A stretch of DNA of 64,000 bases from Lama glama. Lineage: Eukaryota. The DNA lies in contig CM052817.1 of assembly GCA_028534125.1 (NCBI GenBank), positions 17,362,001-17,426,000 on the forward strand, written 5' to 3'. Position 1 is the first letter of the stretch. Every line of letters starts with the position of its first letter. Below, in pieces: positions 14,553 through 29,210 of this stretch. The position numbers and the translations under genes are program-made. The notes beneath the pieces were generated by a model, which saw only the letters and a list, made by a program, of their open reading frames with translations, ran no database searches and had not been told where the DNA came from.

Positions 14553-15119
14553 AGGTCACTGTGGTCTTCTCCAAAGAAGGAACGAATAGGGACCCTTTTC
14601 TTCAATTCTGTCATGGGGCTATAGGGGAGGCCAAGGTGGACTCATGTTTATAAACAGCAGTGACACCAGGCAGAACCTGGCCAGGGTTCCAGTCAAACTA
14701 TAAGCAAACCCTAAGGCAGCACAGAGGCAGTGGAGAGTGATTTGCCGGGACAGGCTTTATGGAGGAAATGGCATCTCAGTTCAACTTTGAGGAATCAAGA
14801 GAAGTTCTTTAGATAGAGAGGCAAGGGGAGGACACTGCAAGTGGTGTGAACAGCTTAAATAGGAGCAAGAAGGCAGGGAGACACAGCTGTATTGGGGGTC
14901 TAGCAAGCAGCTTGGTTTGGTGAGAGACTAGAAGAAGGGTAAAGACATAAAAGGACTTGGGGCTACGAAGATGAAAGAGAGGCAGAATCCTGACTCTGGA
15001 GGACACTGAATCTCAGCCCAAAGAATGTGGATTTTTATTCTACTGACAGCAAAGAATTGATGAAGGTTTCTATAAAAGGGGATGGTGTTTCTATTTTAAA
15101 GCACTAACGGTCAATTAGA

Positions 15120-15600
15120 AACAAGACTGACAATCAAGAAAAACAAGAGAACGACATTGTTCATTGATAAGGAAATTCTCACTTGGAGGCAAATTGAAAT
15201 TACACTGAAATACTATTTTGAACCTATTAGATTCACAGAGATCAAAAAGTCCAAAAACACATCGTCCTGGCCTGAGTGGGAACGCGTGCCTCTCATGAAT
15301 TGCTGGTGGGAGTGAGGTCTGTGGACATCAATCAGGCTGTATCTATCACAAGTGTAAATGTCCCTATCCTTTGGCCCTCGAATTCCTCTCCTAGGATTTT
15401 CTCCTACAAACATACACCCTCAAACTTGTGCAAACTCATACACAAACAAATTTCACTGCAGCATTGTAACAGCAAGAGATGGAAAACCTAAATGCCCATC
15501 AAGAGAAGGCTGGATCAATAGATTATATATAGTACACCCGCCCCTGGAGTACCACACAGCTATTCAATCGGGAAGATTTTCATGTTCAGATAACGGGATA
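15120..15600 (+). mobile_element. Old L1ME-like fragment
   Basis: 'tcatgaattgctggtgggagtgagg', 'aattcctctcctaggattt', 'ggaaaacctaaatgcccatcaagagaagg'. Confidence 0.65.
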
Positions 15601-17194
15601 ACCTCCAGTTTTGTTTGTTTGTTTGTTTGTTTTAAGCAAGTTCAGAAGTACAACTTGGCTTTAAAAAAAGGTGGTGGGGATGGGTAATACACACACATTT
15701 GCTGCAGCACACACAGCACTGGCTGCTCACATAGAAAAGGACAAGGTGACAAGGGGAGAGGGCAGGAGATAAATCTACACTGTCTTTGCTTATTTTTTGA
15801 ATTTTTGTACCACATGAATATTTCCCCAAAAAAAGTCGAGGCGGCAGGGACAGAAAAGCAACAGTCCTAAAAGATGAAAATGGAAAATGCATCTTCTCCA
15901 AATGGCAGGGGCAGGACAGAAGAGCTGGCCATGCCTTTTGATTAGTCATGGGAAACCTGAGGGATGAACTATGCAAAGAGGCAGGTAAAGTCCAAACTGC
16001 CCACCCCCACCAGGAGGGATCTAATCTTTTTATGCTCTCATTTAGAACTCCAATTTACAGGAGAGGAAACAAAAATAAAAATAACATTATAATTAGAAGT
16101 AGAGATTGTCAGGGCAGGTGAGCACTTGGTGACGAACCAGCCCGCCTCATGTTTCGGATGAGGCAATGGGAACCCAGAGGGGATGTTCTCCGACGTCCTC
16201 CAGCTGGAGGCTTAGCGGAGGCCAGCCCAGAAGCCCGGCTCCGTTTCCTCCCGCCCACTCTGACGCTCTCCACCTCGTAGCACACACCAAGAGAGGGAAG
16301 AGTTGCCATTTCCAGGCTGAATTCTGCTTTCGTAGGAAGAGAGAGAGAGCCAGCCTTTGTCCACAAGCGGCGGTTTACCTCTACGGCCAGATATGCTGAG
16401 ATGCGGGCCCCCTTCTCAAGATGCAAATCAAGCTGTTAAGCCCACAGCAGAGTTCAGCCCAAGCCAGAGACTGAAGTTGATGGAAGCTGGACCAGAACAG
16501 TGCCGCTGGGTGGCCGGCTCTCCCTGGTCCAAACGCCCCCAGCGCTTCCCTTTCTCAACCCTTCGGGAAGGAGATGTTTGCTTATTTAGTGAGACAATAG
16601 GAAGCAGAGTCCAGGATATGCTGTGGTAGATTAAATATCCCATTGTGTTCTTTCTCACAGAATGACTTAAAACCGCTTCCTCATTCTTTTCATGTATACT
16701 TTAAAACCTCACCCAGGCCCCATTCTCCCACTTTGATTTTTTAAATCATACATATATATATATTTTATTGCTGATGCTAGGAATTCCAGTGAAAACATCT
16801 TTGAAACAGAATTCCAAGCGGAAAAGCGATCTGATGTCATGAAATTTCACTGGAAAGTGCAGTTACTAATAGTCACACTCATTAGTTTACATCTTATTGC
16901 TAGAAATGCACCGGCCCGCTTTTCCGAGTTAAGTGCAATTTCACTATTGTTTGGCGACCCACAACTTTCCAGACCCCAGGGTCAAGCTCATCTCTCTGCA
17001 GCTGGGCGGTGAGAGATGAGAACGAAGAAGGTATGGGACACTTGACTGTGTATTTTCTTCTGGGTCTTCCCTTTAAATTCTGTTTTCAAGGAAATCTCTA
17101 CACACTCAGATGAAGATAATTTTATTTTCACCCGCTTCAGAGTCTCATATGAAGTAAAAGTAAATCCCAGGTTGACGGATGCCAGACGTCTGCT

Positions 17195-17510
17195 CTCCAG
17201 AATGGGAGCCGGCAGTCATACTAAGCACTCAAGTTGAGATGCTTTGTAACTATAAAAGATACACTGGATTTCAAAGACTGAACATTAAAAACAGGTTGGA
17301 AAAATAACTCATTGATAATTTTTAAACTGATTACATGTTGAAATGATAAGATTAGGATACAATGAGTGAAATAAAACACATTACTAAAAATTAACTTTAC
17401 CTCTTTCTATTTACTTGTTTTGTGTGGCTGTTTTCTAAAATTTGAAATGACATATGTGGCTCAAATTTGTGACTCACATTATATTTCTACCGAATGGTAC
17501 TTTTCTAGAT
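17195..17510. mobile_element. MER33/MER3-like hAT-Charlie element
   Basis: 'tgattacatgttgaaatgataag...catatgtggctcaaatttgtgactcacattatatttcta'. Confidence 0.75.
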
Positions 17511-17715
17511 TTGAGGTCAGCAGACTTTTCTTGCAAAAAAAGGGGGCCATATGGTAATTATTTGGAGTTTTTAGGCCACTCGATGTCCATCAAGAAAGTA
17601 GGCATTGATAACACACAAGTCAGCGAGTGTGGCTGTGGTCCAGTACGACCTTGTTTACAGGTAAGGGTGGCTGGCCTGCTAGGCGCAGGGGCCATAGTTT
17701 GCCCAAACTGCTACT
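17511..17715. mobile_element. MER58A-like hAT element
   Basis: 'ggtcagcagacttttc...gtggctgtggtccagta...ggccatagtttgccc'. Confidence 0.7.
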
Positions 17716-20700
17716 CTAGATTATCAAGCTTTTATTCTAGACAGTTTGGAAGAAAACAAAGTGACAGGAGTTATGCATTTTAAAGGAATAATCATATAGG
17801 AGAGATGAGATGAATAGCCCAATCAGGCATCATTTTCTATATGTGTAGTTGATGGGGCTTGATTTGTTATTTTGCCCAGGGTCCCTCGTGGCAGTGTTGA
17901 CATCTTGCTAATGTTTCTTTCAATAAAGATCTAAGCAGGATGAGAAGTTGGAGTTAGGCTGGGCAAAGAGATCAAATTTCATGGATGTATTATTTGCGAA
18001 GTGGGAAAAGCATGAGTGACAGCTGGAAAAGAAGAGCAACTTCAGGGATGGGGCGATGTCCTTAATAAGATGGCTGTGCTGGCCCCAAGGAGGACCCCAA
18101 AATCACTGCATGTGGCTTGAGGCAAATGGCCTAAAAGTCCTTCCAGAAGGCATTAACAATCCTGAGTCTTGTGGGCACCCATGTAACACAAGAAGCTGGC
18201 ATTGCGTGAGTTGGAGCAGACCCAGTGGGCAGCTGCTTCACCAGGAGTTGCGGCTACCTCTGTTATGTACAAAACCAACACCGATTAGCAACACATCACA
18301 CTCTAAATATTGATTAAGCTGAAGCTGATTTCCTGGCTCAAGTCATGTGTGTGGTTATGAGCTATTTCCTGCCAAGAATATAAGGCAATTAACTTGAAGA
18401 GTTTCAGCTACAGGCATGACACGTGTCCAACCTTCATAGGTATTTTCACATGCCAGGTTGCATTAACATAAGCTAAAAATCACCCAAATGTCCCTTTGTG
18501 TAGAAATTATAAAGTCAGAGTCCATGTCTTATTCATTATCATGTCTCTGGCTTCTAAGGTAGAGCTTGGCACCCAGTAGAATTTGGAGAAGTGTTTCTTG
18601 CTGAAATAAAGCACTGGGCAGGGGCACTTCTGCTGGGCACCTGGTGGTCCATCTCAGGTCGACTGCCCCACAGCCCTGGAGGCACCTGCACATAAACCGG
18701 AGGACTGAGTTTCCACCACACTGCCTGACATTCACAAGTCTTTTGGGAGGGGGCCCTTGGTACTTCTCTGTTTTCCATCCAGCCTCATTAATCCCTTTCC
18801 AAAGAGCCCTCACCCTCTGGCATCTCACTGGGTCCCTCGGGGTCAGCGCTGACTTGGGGGACTGTGAGGTCAAGGAAGGGGGCATTCTGGCACCCATCCT
18901 GCCCCTTCAGCATGAACTTCTCTCAGCTACCGAGTCCCTCCACACCTTTCAGACAACTGCCCTACATTCTAGAACTTTTCCATTTCTCCACACCAAAAAT
19001 ACAAATTAAAATTTAAAAATTTCTGATCCTTCCACCTCCTGTGGGACTCCTGCTCATCTGGCAAGTTCATGCATGTTAACGTGATCATGAGAAAGCACTG
19101 TCGCAATGTCACGTTTCTGCACTTTTATGCCAGTCTTGTGGAGACGATGCCTTAAAAACAAAGGCCAAATGCACTGCAGCTGTAAGCAAGCTATCTGGGG
19201 TGCAAAGGGCATTTCTGTGCCCTTTCAAATTATGCCATTCAAGAAGCCACATAGATGTTCCACCTCGGAAGCTACTGGCCTGCTCTGCATACAGTGGAGC
19301 TGGGCTCTGAGAGGTGCCTGAACCCTCAAACATCTGCTTATACCAGGAGGCCCTAATCAAAGTCACATTTGACAACATCCCACACAGTCACAAAACACAG
19401 ATTCCTTTGTCTTTGTGTAATTGTGTATGTCTTGTAATTTTTTTTTAAAAAAAGGAAGAAATGGGTCGTTTAATGTGTGTTCCTGATAAAAGACCCATAA
19501 TTGGAGATCTAAATGCATTCAGTTCAGCCTGGGAATCAAGAAACAGATTAACTTACATATCTTCTGGATAGAAAAAAAAAATCTATCAATAGTGCCCAAA
19601 CTTTTTTAGCATGAATGCATCTGATTCCTTTAAACAAAATCAATAAGAAAGTCTATTCAAATAACCTTCCCTTGTTCAAAAGAGCTGAGAAAACTTGGCT
19701 CTTTTCTCTATATGATTCCCCTGTTATTTAAGGAAGGGACAGAGAGATTAGAAAACCTTAATTCATTTGCGTCTGTCTACAGGAAGTTCATTTACACTTA
19801 CACGTGTACGTGGGTATGTCTGATTACAAACAATAATTGACAGTTTTTCTCATCTCTGCCCATTCCACCCCATGGTCACCTAAGAAAACCTTGGCTCATG
19901 AGCACTTTCTCTCCCAACTGGCTGGATCAAACTTTCCATGGGTCAAAAAGGTAATTGTATCAGCTTAAAAACCCTATGTTTCTGATTTCTGCTGACTAGA
20001 AATAAGCAAAAATTTTGTTTACGTTAACAAAATGTGCAATTAAACAGACTGAGCTTCAATATGGACTTCAAAGTCAAGATGCACCTTGGGACACATTTCC
20101 CAGCCAAATAGTGTGTCTTCCCAACCTGAGAGCTGGCTAAAGAAAGGCCATCACGATAATGATCAATGGTCCTCATTGTCATCCTCTCCCCTCTTCAAAA
20201 CTGTCTGATATGTTATTTCTTTCTAACAAATCTTACGAGGAAAACTACATTTTGGTTCAGTTTAATTTCACTGAGTACCTACTATAAGCCGGGCACTGGG
20301 ATGTGTAGAGTAAGTTTTTCTTCTCACTCACTTCTAACCTCATCCCCTCACACTGAATTTCACAGAACTTCTCCCCTCTCACCTGCTTCTCACAACAGCC
20401 CCCTGAGGGGCCCAGCACTCCAGTTTTATAGCTGAGGAAACAGAATGGATTCAGAGTGTTGGGAACTCTCCCGAGAACCACCAGCTACTAAAAAGCAGAA
20501 CCAAAACTCAAATCCACAGCTGCTGACTCCAAAGTCAGTGATGGTGTGCTTCCTGACTTCCAGAAACACCCAGAATGATGCCCTCAACTCACCCACTTAC
20601 TTCTACACCTGTCACTGCTTTCTGGCTACAGGTGGGGGAATCCTGGCACTTTGCCCATTCCCGTTTTGAAAATGGGAGGTGAGAAGCTAAAATCCCATGA

Positions 20701-20741
20701 GGTCCCTATACCTTGTGTCTGGGGAAGGTAGACATTATCTT

Positions 20742-20773
20742 ACACACACGCACGTGACACACACACACACACA
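20742..20773 (+). repeat. Interrupted (CA)n microsatellite
   Basis: acacacacgcacgtgacacacacacacacacac. Confidence 0.85.
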
Positions 20774-22534
20774 CTGCACTGAGCCAACTCCCCAGCTCCA
20801 GAGAGCCCTTCTTCGAGTGAGGCTGCAAGACAAACAAGCCGCCAAAGCAGAACACCCTCTGCCCTCTGTAATTCCTCAAGTCCTGCACACCCTCCTGCCC
20901 GGGGTGCTGTTCCCCAGGGAGTCGGATGAGCCAACAAGCGGGGTACCAAATTCACGTCAGGCTATGTGTGGTCTATGCCAGCCGATCCATCTTCTCCCTG
21001 AACTGCCTGGGTCCCTTCTCCTTCTCTTCTGCTTTTCCTCCAGCTGCTCCATTCCACCAATTCGTGGCTCCTACACTTTTGCCCACAGGCAGCCAAAAGG
21101 AAGAAAGGGCAAGAGGCAAATGCCATCACTTGGGAGATTTTAGGGGCTCTTGTCGGGACGAATGTGGAAGCTACTTGCTGATGTGAAGTTTGAGAATGGC
21201 TTCTGCATTTCAAATATCCCTGATCACTGTCACACAAACTGGATAATTAAGGGTCTCTATACCTTTTTGTGAACTTCTGAGGTCCCATGTTACACAAAAC
21301 AAGGAGTTAATGAATACTTCTAGAGGGTAACTGATGGTCTGTGGCCACTTACAGAGAATTCCCTACAAGATTCTGTCACAGCCACTGTCTGCTAATGAGC
21401 CCCATGTATATCTGGGCCACTAATGCCCTCTTATTTCTTTGTCCTCTGGTTGTCTCACAAGAGCAAATGTCCACTCGGAATATTTCAGCTCTACAGCTGA
21501 CATCAATACCAGCCATTGTGAGATCTATTTTCCCATTTAAAGAAAAAAATTCTACATTCGAGACCAGAGTTCAGAATAGACAGAATTACTTTCTACAAGT
21601 GCCATTGTCACAGAAGGGGCGGGGCAGGCTGTTCTAGCCAAGTCTGGAGGAAGGTAAGAGTTACTGATGGATGAGAACAGCAAGGGAGTCTGTTTGGCAG
21701 AGCAAGACCAGCCCAGACCACACCACTCAGCACCCGGGACCTCAGTGGAAGCAGTTTCCATTACCCTTGGCTTTCAAGGCCCCCACCCTCTCTGAGGAGC
21801 CTCTCTGCATCTTAACCTTTAGTGACCTCAGAATTTTTTTGGCAGCTGCCGGAACCCGGGATCATGTTTTCAGAAATCTGCTTGGCATCGTTCCGTGACT
21901 TATCTTTCAGGCTTCGTCACAATTATTCATGCTCTGGCAGTATCCTAGCTACAGTCACAGTCCTGTACTTGGGCTGCTGCTGAAGGTTACTCTGTCCCAG
22001 CCAACGGGGGATGAATGTGTCCATCACCTCAGGGCCCTGGCTTCAGGAAGCATGCTCCCCACGAGGCCAAGATCTTCAAGACATCTATGTAGAAAGCCAG
22101 TGTCAAACACCAGCCCTTATGACAAGCAAATAGGTAGGGATGACACGAAACAGGAATCGGTCCCCAAATCACAGACAATTTGTCTTTGGGATACGTTCCA
22201 AGGCACACCTGGCTCTACACTTGGACACATGTTCATACGAACTCAAGTGCTAAACTCTGCTAGCTGCCTCTGGATTATACAAGGGCTTCATCCTTCACCT
22301 CTGAATTGCGGATGGCAAGTATCTTCTGGTTTTACCTTTTTATTTTCTCTCTCTCTTTGACATCCTGCTTGTACTCTGTGGCCCGGGCTTCCTGCTTTGC
22401 ATATCTTAGGCTACTTTGGACATAACCTCACATCCTGGCCAATTTCACAGTAGCTGCTAATTTAGAGAGCTTTGCTAATGGCCGATACACCTATGAATGA
22501 GGGGAATGGGTTACAAGCAGGAAAATCTAGAAGG

Positions 22535-22776
22535 CAATATGCTAGCATGGCTAAGAACTAAGGCTCTGGAAGGGGACAGACTTGGGTTTCAATCTTGGAC
22601 TACCTGTGTGGCCCAGGGCAATTAACTTAACCACTTTGAGCCTCAGTTACCTCATTTGAACGAGGATCATAATAGCGCCTATCTCACTAGGTTAATGTTA
22701 AGATTAACATTGGATAATGCATATAAATAGCCTAGCACAATGCAAACTATTGTTATTATTATTATTATTATTATTA
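22535..22776 (+). mobile_element. MIR SINE ending in a (TTA)n tract
   Basis: 'acttaaccactttgagcctcagttacctcatttg' core, with ttattattatt... at ~22750-22776. Confidence 0.8.
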
Positions 22777-25183
22777 ATTAGGCTTCCAAATTATGCGGTA
22801 GCTTACTTCCTCCAGTGTCTCCATATTCTCAGGTCCTGCCTAGCTGTTCTGTTCCACTTCCACCCTCCACCTGTCCACCCCCCTCCCCTGACCAATTACT
22901 TTCTCTAGGAAATATTCCTTGATGCACAACATATACATGATTATGCATCTCCTCAGTTGTTTCATGTTTTTCATGCATTCATGCAGACATTTTATATTTC
23001 CCCCAATTTGCAATTGAACTTCTCCAAGGTCAAGAAGGCTTACCTGTCAGCAGTTTCTCGGGTAGCACATACTTCTAGAGCAAAATTCCTAGCAAATGCT
23101 AGACCTTTAGGACAATAGGTGAAGCCCACTTTCCAAGTCACACTTTTACTTCCCTAGATTTTGCAAAACTTTCTTCTCCAATTGCAAAATGGCTTTCTTG
23201 TTTAGCCAAGTCTTTTTTTTCTTTCTTTCTTTTTTACAGTAGCATATCTGAAGCCCATCTGAAGGAAACCCACATAGTCAGGGAGCACTGACATTTCCCT
23301 CTCCATGAGAGTTTCCAAATCCATTCCTTCCTTGTCTGCCAAGATATGCATTCATGCTCTGGTTACTTTCCACATTTACAGTATTTTCTATAATCTCTTT
23401 TCCGAGCCCTACCACACCACTTCAGGAACTCACCATAGTCTGCCCAAAGCCCCATTTTTCTCTCCTGTGTGATCTGGTCTCTCAAATCCCCGTTGGTCCA
23501 CACAGAACTTTTATACTTGCTCCATCATCTGTCTTTGCTCCCACGGACCACTTAGGCCTCATTGTTCTTGTTACTCTGATTTCTTGCAACTGTCAAGAAG
23601 CGGTCTTTCCTGGCCAGGTCTTGGGATTCCCTTGTGGAACTTTCCAACCACTCATACATTAATGTTTCACACACTGCTCTACTACATCATTTCCGCCTCT
23701 ATGGGTAAGCAGTGCCTTGTGGACGGGAATCATCTGTTTAAACTGAAACCCTGTCATTTGTTATGACAGTTTTATTTATGAGCCTGTGTGCTGTAACCCT
23801 GTGGCATAAATATTAAATAATAATATCTCCTGGGTGAAAAAAAAATCATTCATGTTAACTGACAACTTCTTATAAAAATAGGAACTAAATCCAACCACAA
23901 AATCTGGTTCTGGCTTATTTTACAATATGAGGAAAAGCATGGATTGCTCAACAGGTAGAAGCAAAAGCAGAATTACAATCTACATTTTTATATCCTCTCG
24001 CTTCAAGACATGAAACATCTAAGAAGTAAAGAATGTTAAAAGAAACTTGGGCTGGGTGACAAATATCTTTGGAATCAAATTCGAATTCCTGCCAGTGTCT
24101 CCTAAGCAGTTTTTAGCCTCAGAGAAGACAGATTCGGAATAATGACAATGCCACATTAATGAAAAAGAATTCTGGATAATGACACTGCTCAATTCCTTTT
24201 TCTTTTTAGCATTTCATGAATTTCCTATTACATCAGTTTCATGATTCAGCATTTTCCATTTCATTTATTTACAGTAATATATGGCGAGATAACCCAAGGT
24301 TTCTGCAGGATCCTGGAACATAAGGTAGGCTGGACAGAAAGGGTGTCACCTTCTGTAAATTTCCTATTGTTTAGGAGAATTCCAAGCAGAAGCAAGCAAG
24401 CCATCAAAGGAAATGAGGAATATTCCCCCACCTTGTTCTGAGGGTCTAAATTACTCTGGTGTTTTAAAAGAGTTGGTTTTGAAAAATAGGTTACTGTCAT
24501 TTAGTTGAAGACTAAAACAGAAGCCAAGAAGTGTGCAAATAGTAAACTGACATGCATGAGCCAAACGTGTTCTCTGAAATGACAATGTTCAAGACGCAGC
24601 TAAAGTCAGCAGTCTGGCGGTAAGCGTGTTGCAAAAAAACTAGATTTCTTTCTGGCATCCGCAACTTGGTTGGAGTGACCATGGAGGAGTTGAAGAGCGC
24701 TGGAAATACGAGGATCATCGCCGGGTGCGTCGGTAGAAAACGGTCCGGGCCAGGAGGACCGGGTGGAAACTAAAAGGAGGGTCGAGGCGGGTGGCGTTCG
24801 CAGAGAGAAAGAGGCGAAGTTGGGCACGGGAAGGAAAGGAGCGGCGAGAAGATTGTGAGGGAAGCCCAGGACGGGCAGGGAGGGGGCTGGAGACCCGCGC
24901 GCGGCGAGGAGGGGAGGGAAAGCAGGGTAGAGAGGCTCCCAGGTGGAGTCGGGGACAGGACTGGGTCTCGAGGGGAGCCCGACCCGGGTCTGGAACGGGT
25001 CTCGGAGGAAGAGGAACAGACGCCGGAGAGAGAGGCAGCGCCGCAAGTCCAGTCCACGCACCCCTCTCCGCGCCCCGGGTACCCATCCCAGGTGCCGGGA
25101 GTGCGCGGGGTGCAGTGGCGAGGGAGAGAGAAAACTAGCCGCGCCGTGCCCGCCCGCGAGGCGGAGGTCTCCGGCCGCCCCTA

Positions 25184-26674
<1,491 letters not shown>

Positions 26675-27094
26675 CTAACAGCTCAATTTGCTTGGGCCCC
26701 GCGGCTGCTCTGAAACAGTTAACCCACCTTCGAAAGTTCTCAGCAGCTTCCCTTTGGCACTGGTGGATTTGTGCGGATTGGAACTAATAATAGATTGGTA
26801 GTCTGAGAGGACTCAGCCCTTTTTCCCTGTGGAGGGGCCACCACAGCAGGCCAAGTCCCGACCCCAACGGGCCTCAGGAGAGGCTGGTGGTGAAGACAGG
26901 ATGCCCTGGGTAGGGGTTAGACCAACTCTGGAATCCCCTGTGCCTGCATGTGCCCTCGGACATCTCAGTACAGCCCTGGACACACTCAGCAGCTTGGCTG
27001 AGTCATCCCTCACTTTTTTTAGGTCACCTAAGGGCTGTGGCCCTGGGTCAGGCTCTAGGCTCCGAGTCACTCGCTGCAAAGTAATGGCTTCTTT

Positions 27095-27268
27095 CAGTGG
27101 TTCTCAAACTTCAGCCTGCATCCCAGTCACCAGGAGGGCTTGTTAAAAGACGCATCTCTGAGCAACCTGGCTCGAATTCTGGGTTCATTTGGTCCTGGGT
27201 GGGGCTCAAGAAGCTGCCTTGCTAACAAGCTCGTATGTGATGCTACTGCTGGTTCTAGAACCACTGGC
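27095..27268. mobile_element. MER5A-like hAT element
   Basis: 'cagtggttctcaaacttcagcctgcatcccagtcaccaggagggcttgttaaaa...ctagaaccactg'. Confidence 0.8.
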
Positions 27269-29084
27269 TTATAGGAAAGGGTCACATGGCTCCTCTCTCA
27301 TCCAGCTGCCACCACATTAAAGCGTTTGAGGGTTTCTTTGTTTGACCACCCCTTGTCCCACTTCCACAGACCCAAAGCACTTAAAATTCTCCCGTGTGAT
27401 GTAGAAAAACATTTATTCCATCAAGTGTCCCAGAGGATAAAAGATTTGATGCCTTTGTCCCAGATCGTGTCCATATATTTTTTTTTAATGTTAGGTCAAA
27501 GTATAGACAATACTTTTTAATGTATGTGGAAGGGAAACTGTTCCAGTTCCAAAGAACAGGGTTTTGTAATATTTCTGGGGTTTCTACCTGTCTTCCTGGC
27601 CTCCCTCCGGGTTGTCTCTCCTTCCTCATTGCACACGGTTTGGGTTGGTCTTTAGGGAACTGAATGCTTCCCTCTGGTTGTTTGTAATCAGAATTCATGG
27701 AATCGAAATTTTCAAGCCTTATGAGCTTTAAGGGTTTGAGTTTACCTAACTGTAGTCCCTGTGGAGGCACCCCACAGGGGGCTGGGCTATTTTTAGCATG
27801 ATATTCCCAATGTCTCACTTCCTCATCTTCTGCTGTGCTCCTACTTTGCATCTGACACCACCCCCAGATCCTGGGAATCCAGAGAAGCCGCAGGCTTGTG
27901 GAAAACTGACCAAAACACAATCTGATCCTCTAAAAGGACTGTCAGGTTGGTCTGTGGCCCAAGTCCCGGGATGGGGGGGGAGCGCGGGGGATGGGACTGA
28001 CTGATTAATTCTGTACTGCAGAGGGGCAGAGAAAGAGAAGGTCAGGATTTCTATTCACAGTGGAGTGTGACATTTTGATCCAGAAGACAGAATCCATTAT
28101 TGCCCTTAACTCCCCTCTAGACGTTTTTGGCAGTAATTGGAAGGGTGTGGTCTTAGTTCATCAGAAGTCCCCTTATTTAAAATTAGTCTTCTTTTCTATT
28201 GCCCTGTGGGAGGGCTTAAAATTCCACCATTACAATTCATTGGCTTGAATTAAGTTGCAATACTCCACTAAAACGCATAGGCCCCTGGGGAGAGTGTATT
28301 AATCTGGTATCACTCATTACCGGCTACATGTAAGTCAGTTTATTTTGCCCCCTGTAAGGAGACAGTGAAAGAACAACGCCACACCTCAACACAGGACAGG
28401 ACACAGGCAACAGAGTCTGGAAGGAGGAGGGCAGCCTTGCTTATCCAAGCTTAGTGGAGGGGCATCCAGAGGCCTGGAGGGTGAGGGGTCAGGGAGAATC
28501 TGCCTGCCTGGATGGGCACCAAATAATATCTGAGGCCAGTCGTTCTGAAATGGTTTGAGAGCAGATAAATCTCAGGGACCAATGCACTTGGCCAACTGTT
28601 AACTTGCTGAATAAAAATATTTAAGCCAACCAACCAACAAAAACAGTATCATTTATCAACATTATTTCATTAAAAAGACAGGGCACTTTTACGAGCAAAA
28701 AAATTAGGAACGACCTAACATCATAATAAAAGACGGTCCTTTAAACTGAATATAATTTCCTTATGAAAAACTCCTAACTTGTCTTTGTCTCATTTTGCTA
28801 TGCGCCAGAAGAAACTTACCTTCCAACTGGTGTTGACTACGGCTAGGTACTTGGAAACCACATTTTTAAGTACTAAGGATGTGCAGGGTCAAGAGATCTG
28901 CTCCTGCACAAACAGCTGACCTCAGGGTTACAAGAGGTGGGTGGGGAGGGCACCACGTAGGAGTGAAGAATGCTCTTTCTATCCCGTCCCCTTCTCCATA
29001 AATGCCACCAGTTCTAGGGAGCCTCCCTGGTCAAAACTTCAATATCTTGTAATAATTTGAAATAAATATATATAATGGAAACAT

Positions 29085-29210
29085 AACCTGAAATGTATGT
29101 ATATAATGACTTTGCTGTACACCTGAAACTAACACAATACTGTAAACCAACTATGCTTCAATTTTTAGGGCCACTAAATTAAAATACATACTTATGAAAA
29201 AAAAAACCAG
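29085..29210 (+). mobile_element. Short L1 3' terminus
   Basis: 'actttgctgtacacctgaaactaacacaatactgtaaaccaactatgcttcaat'. Confidence 0.7.

Noticed and set aside
20952..20959. UPRE-like TGACGTGA (minus strand) in intron 1
   Set aside because: Tempting for a SEL1-family gene, but a single 8-mer is expected by chance in a window this size and no ERSE was seen.
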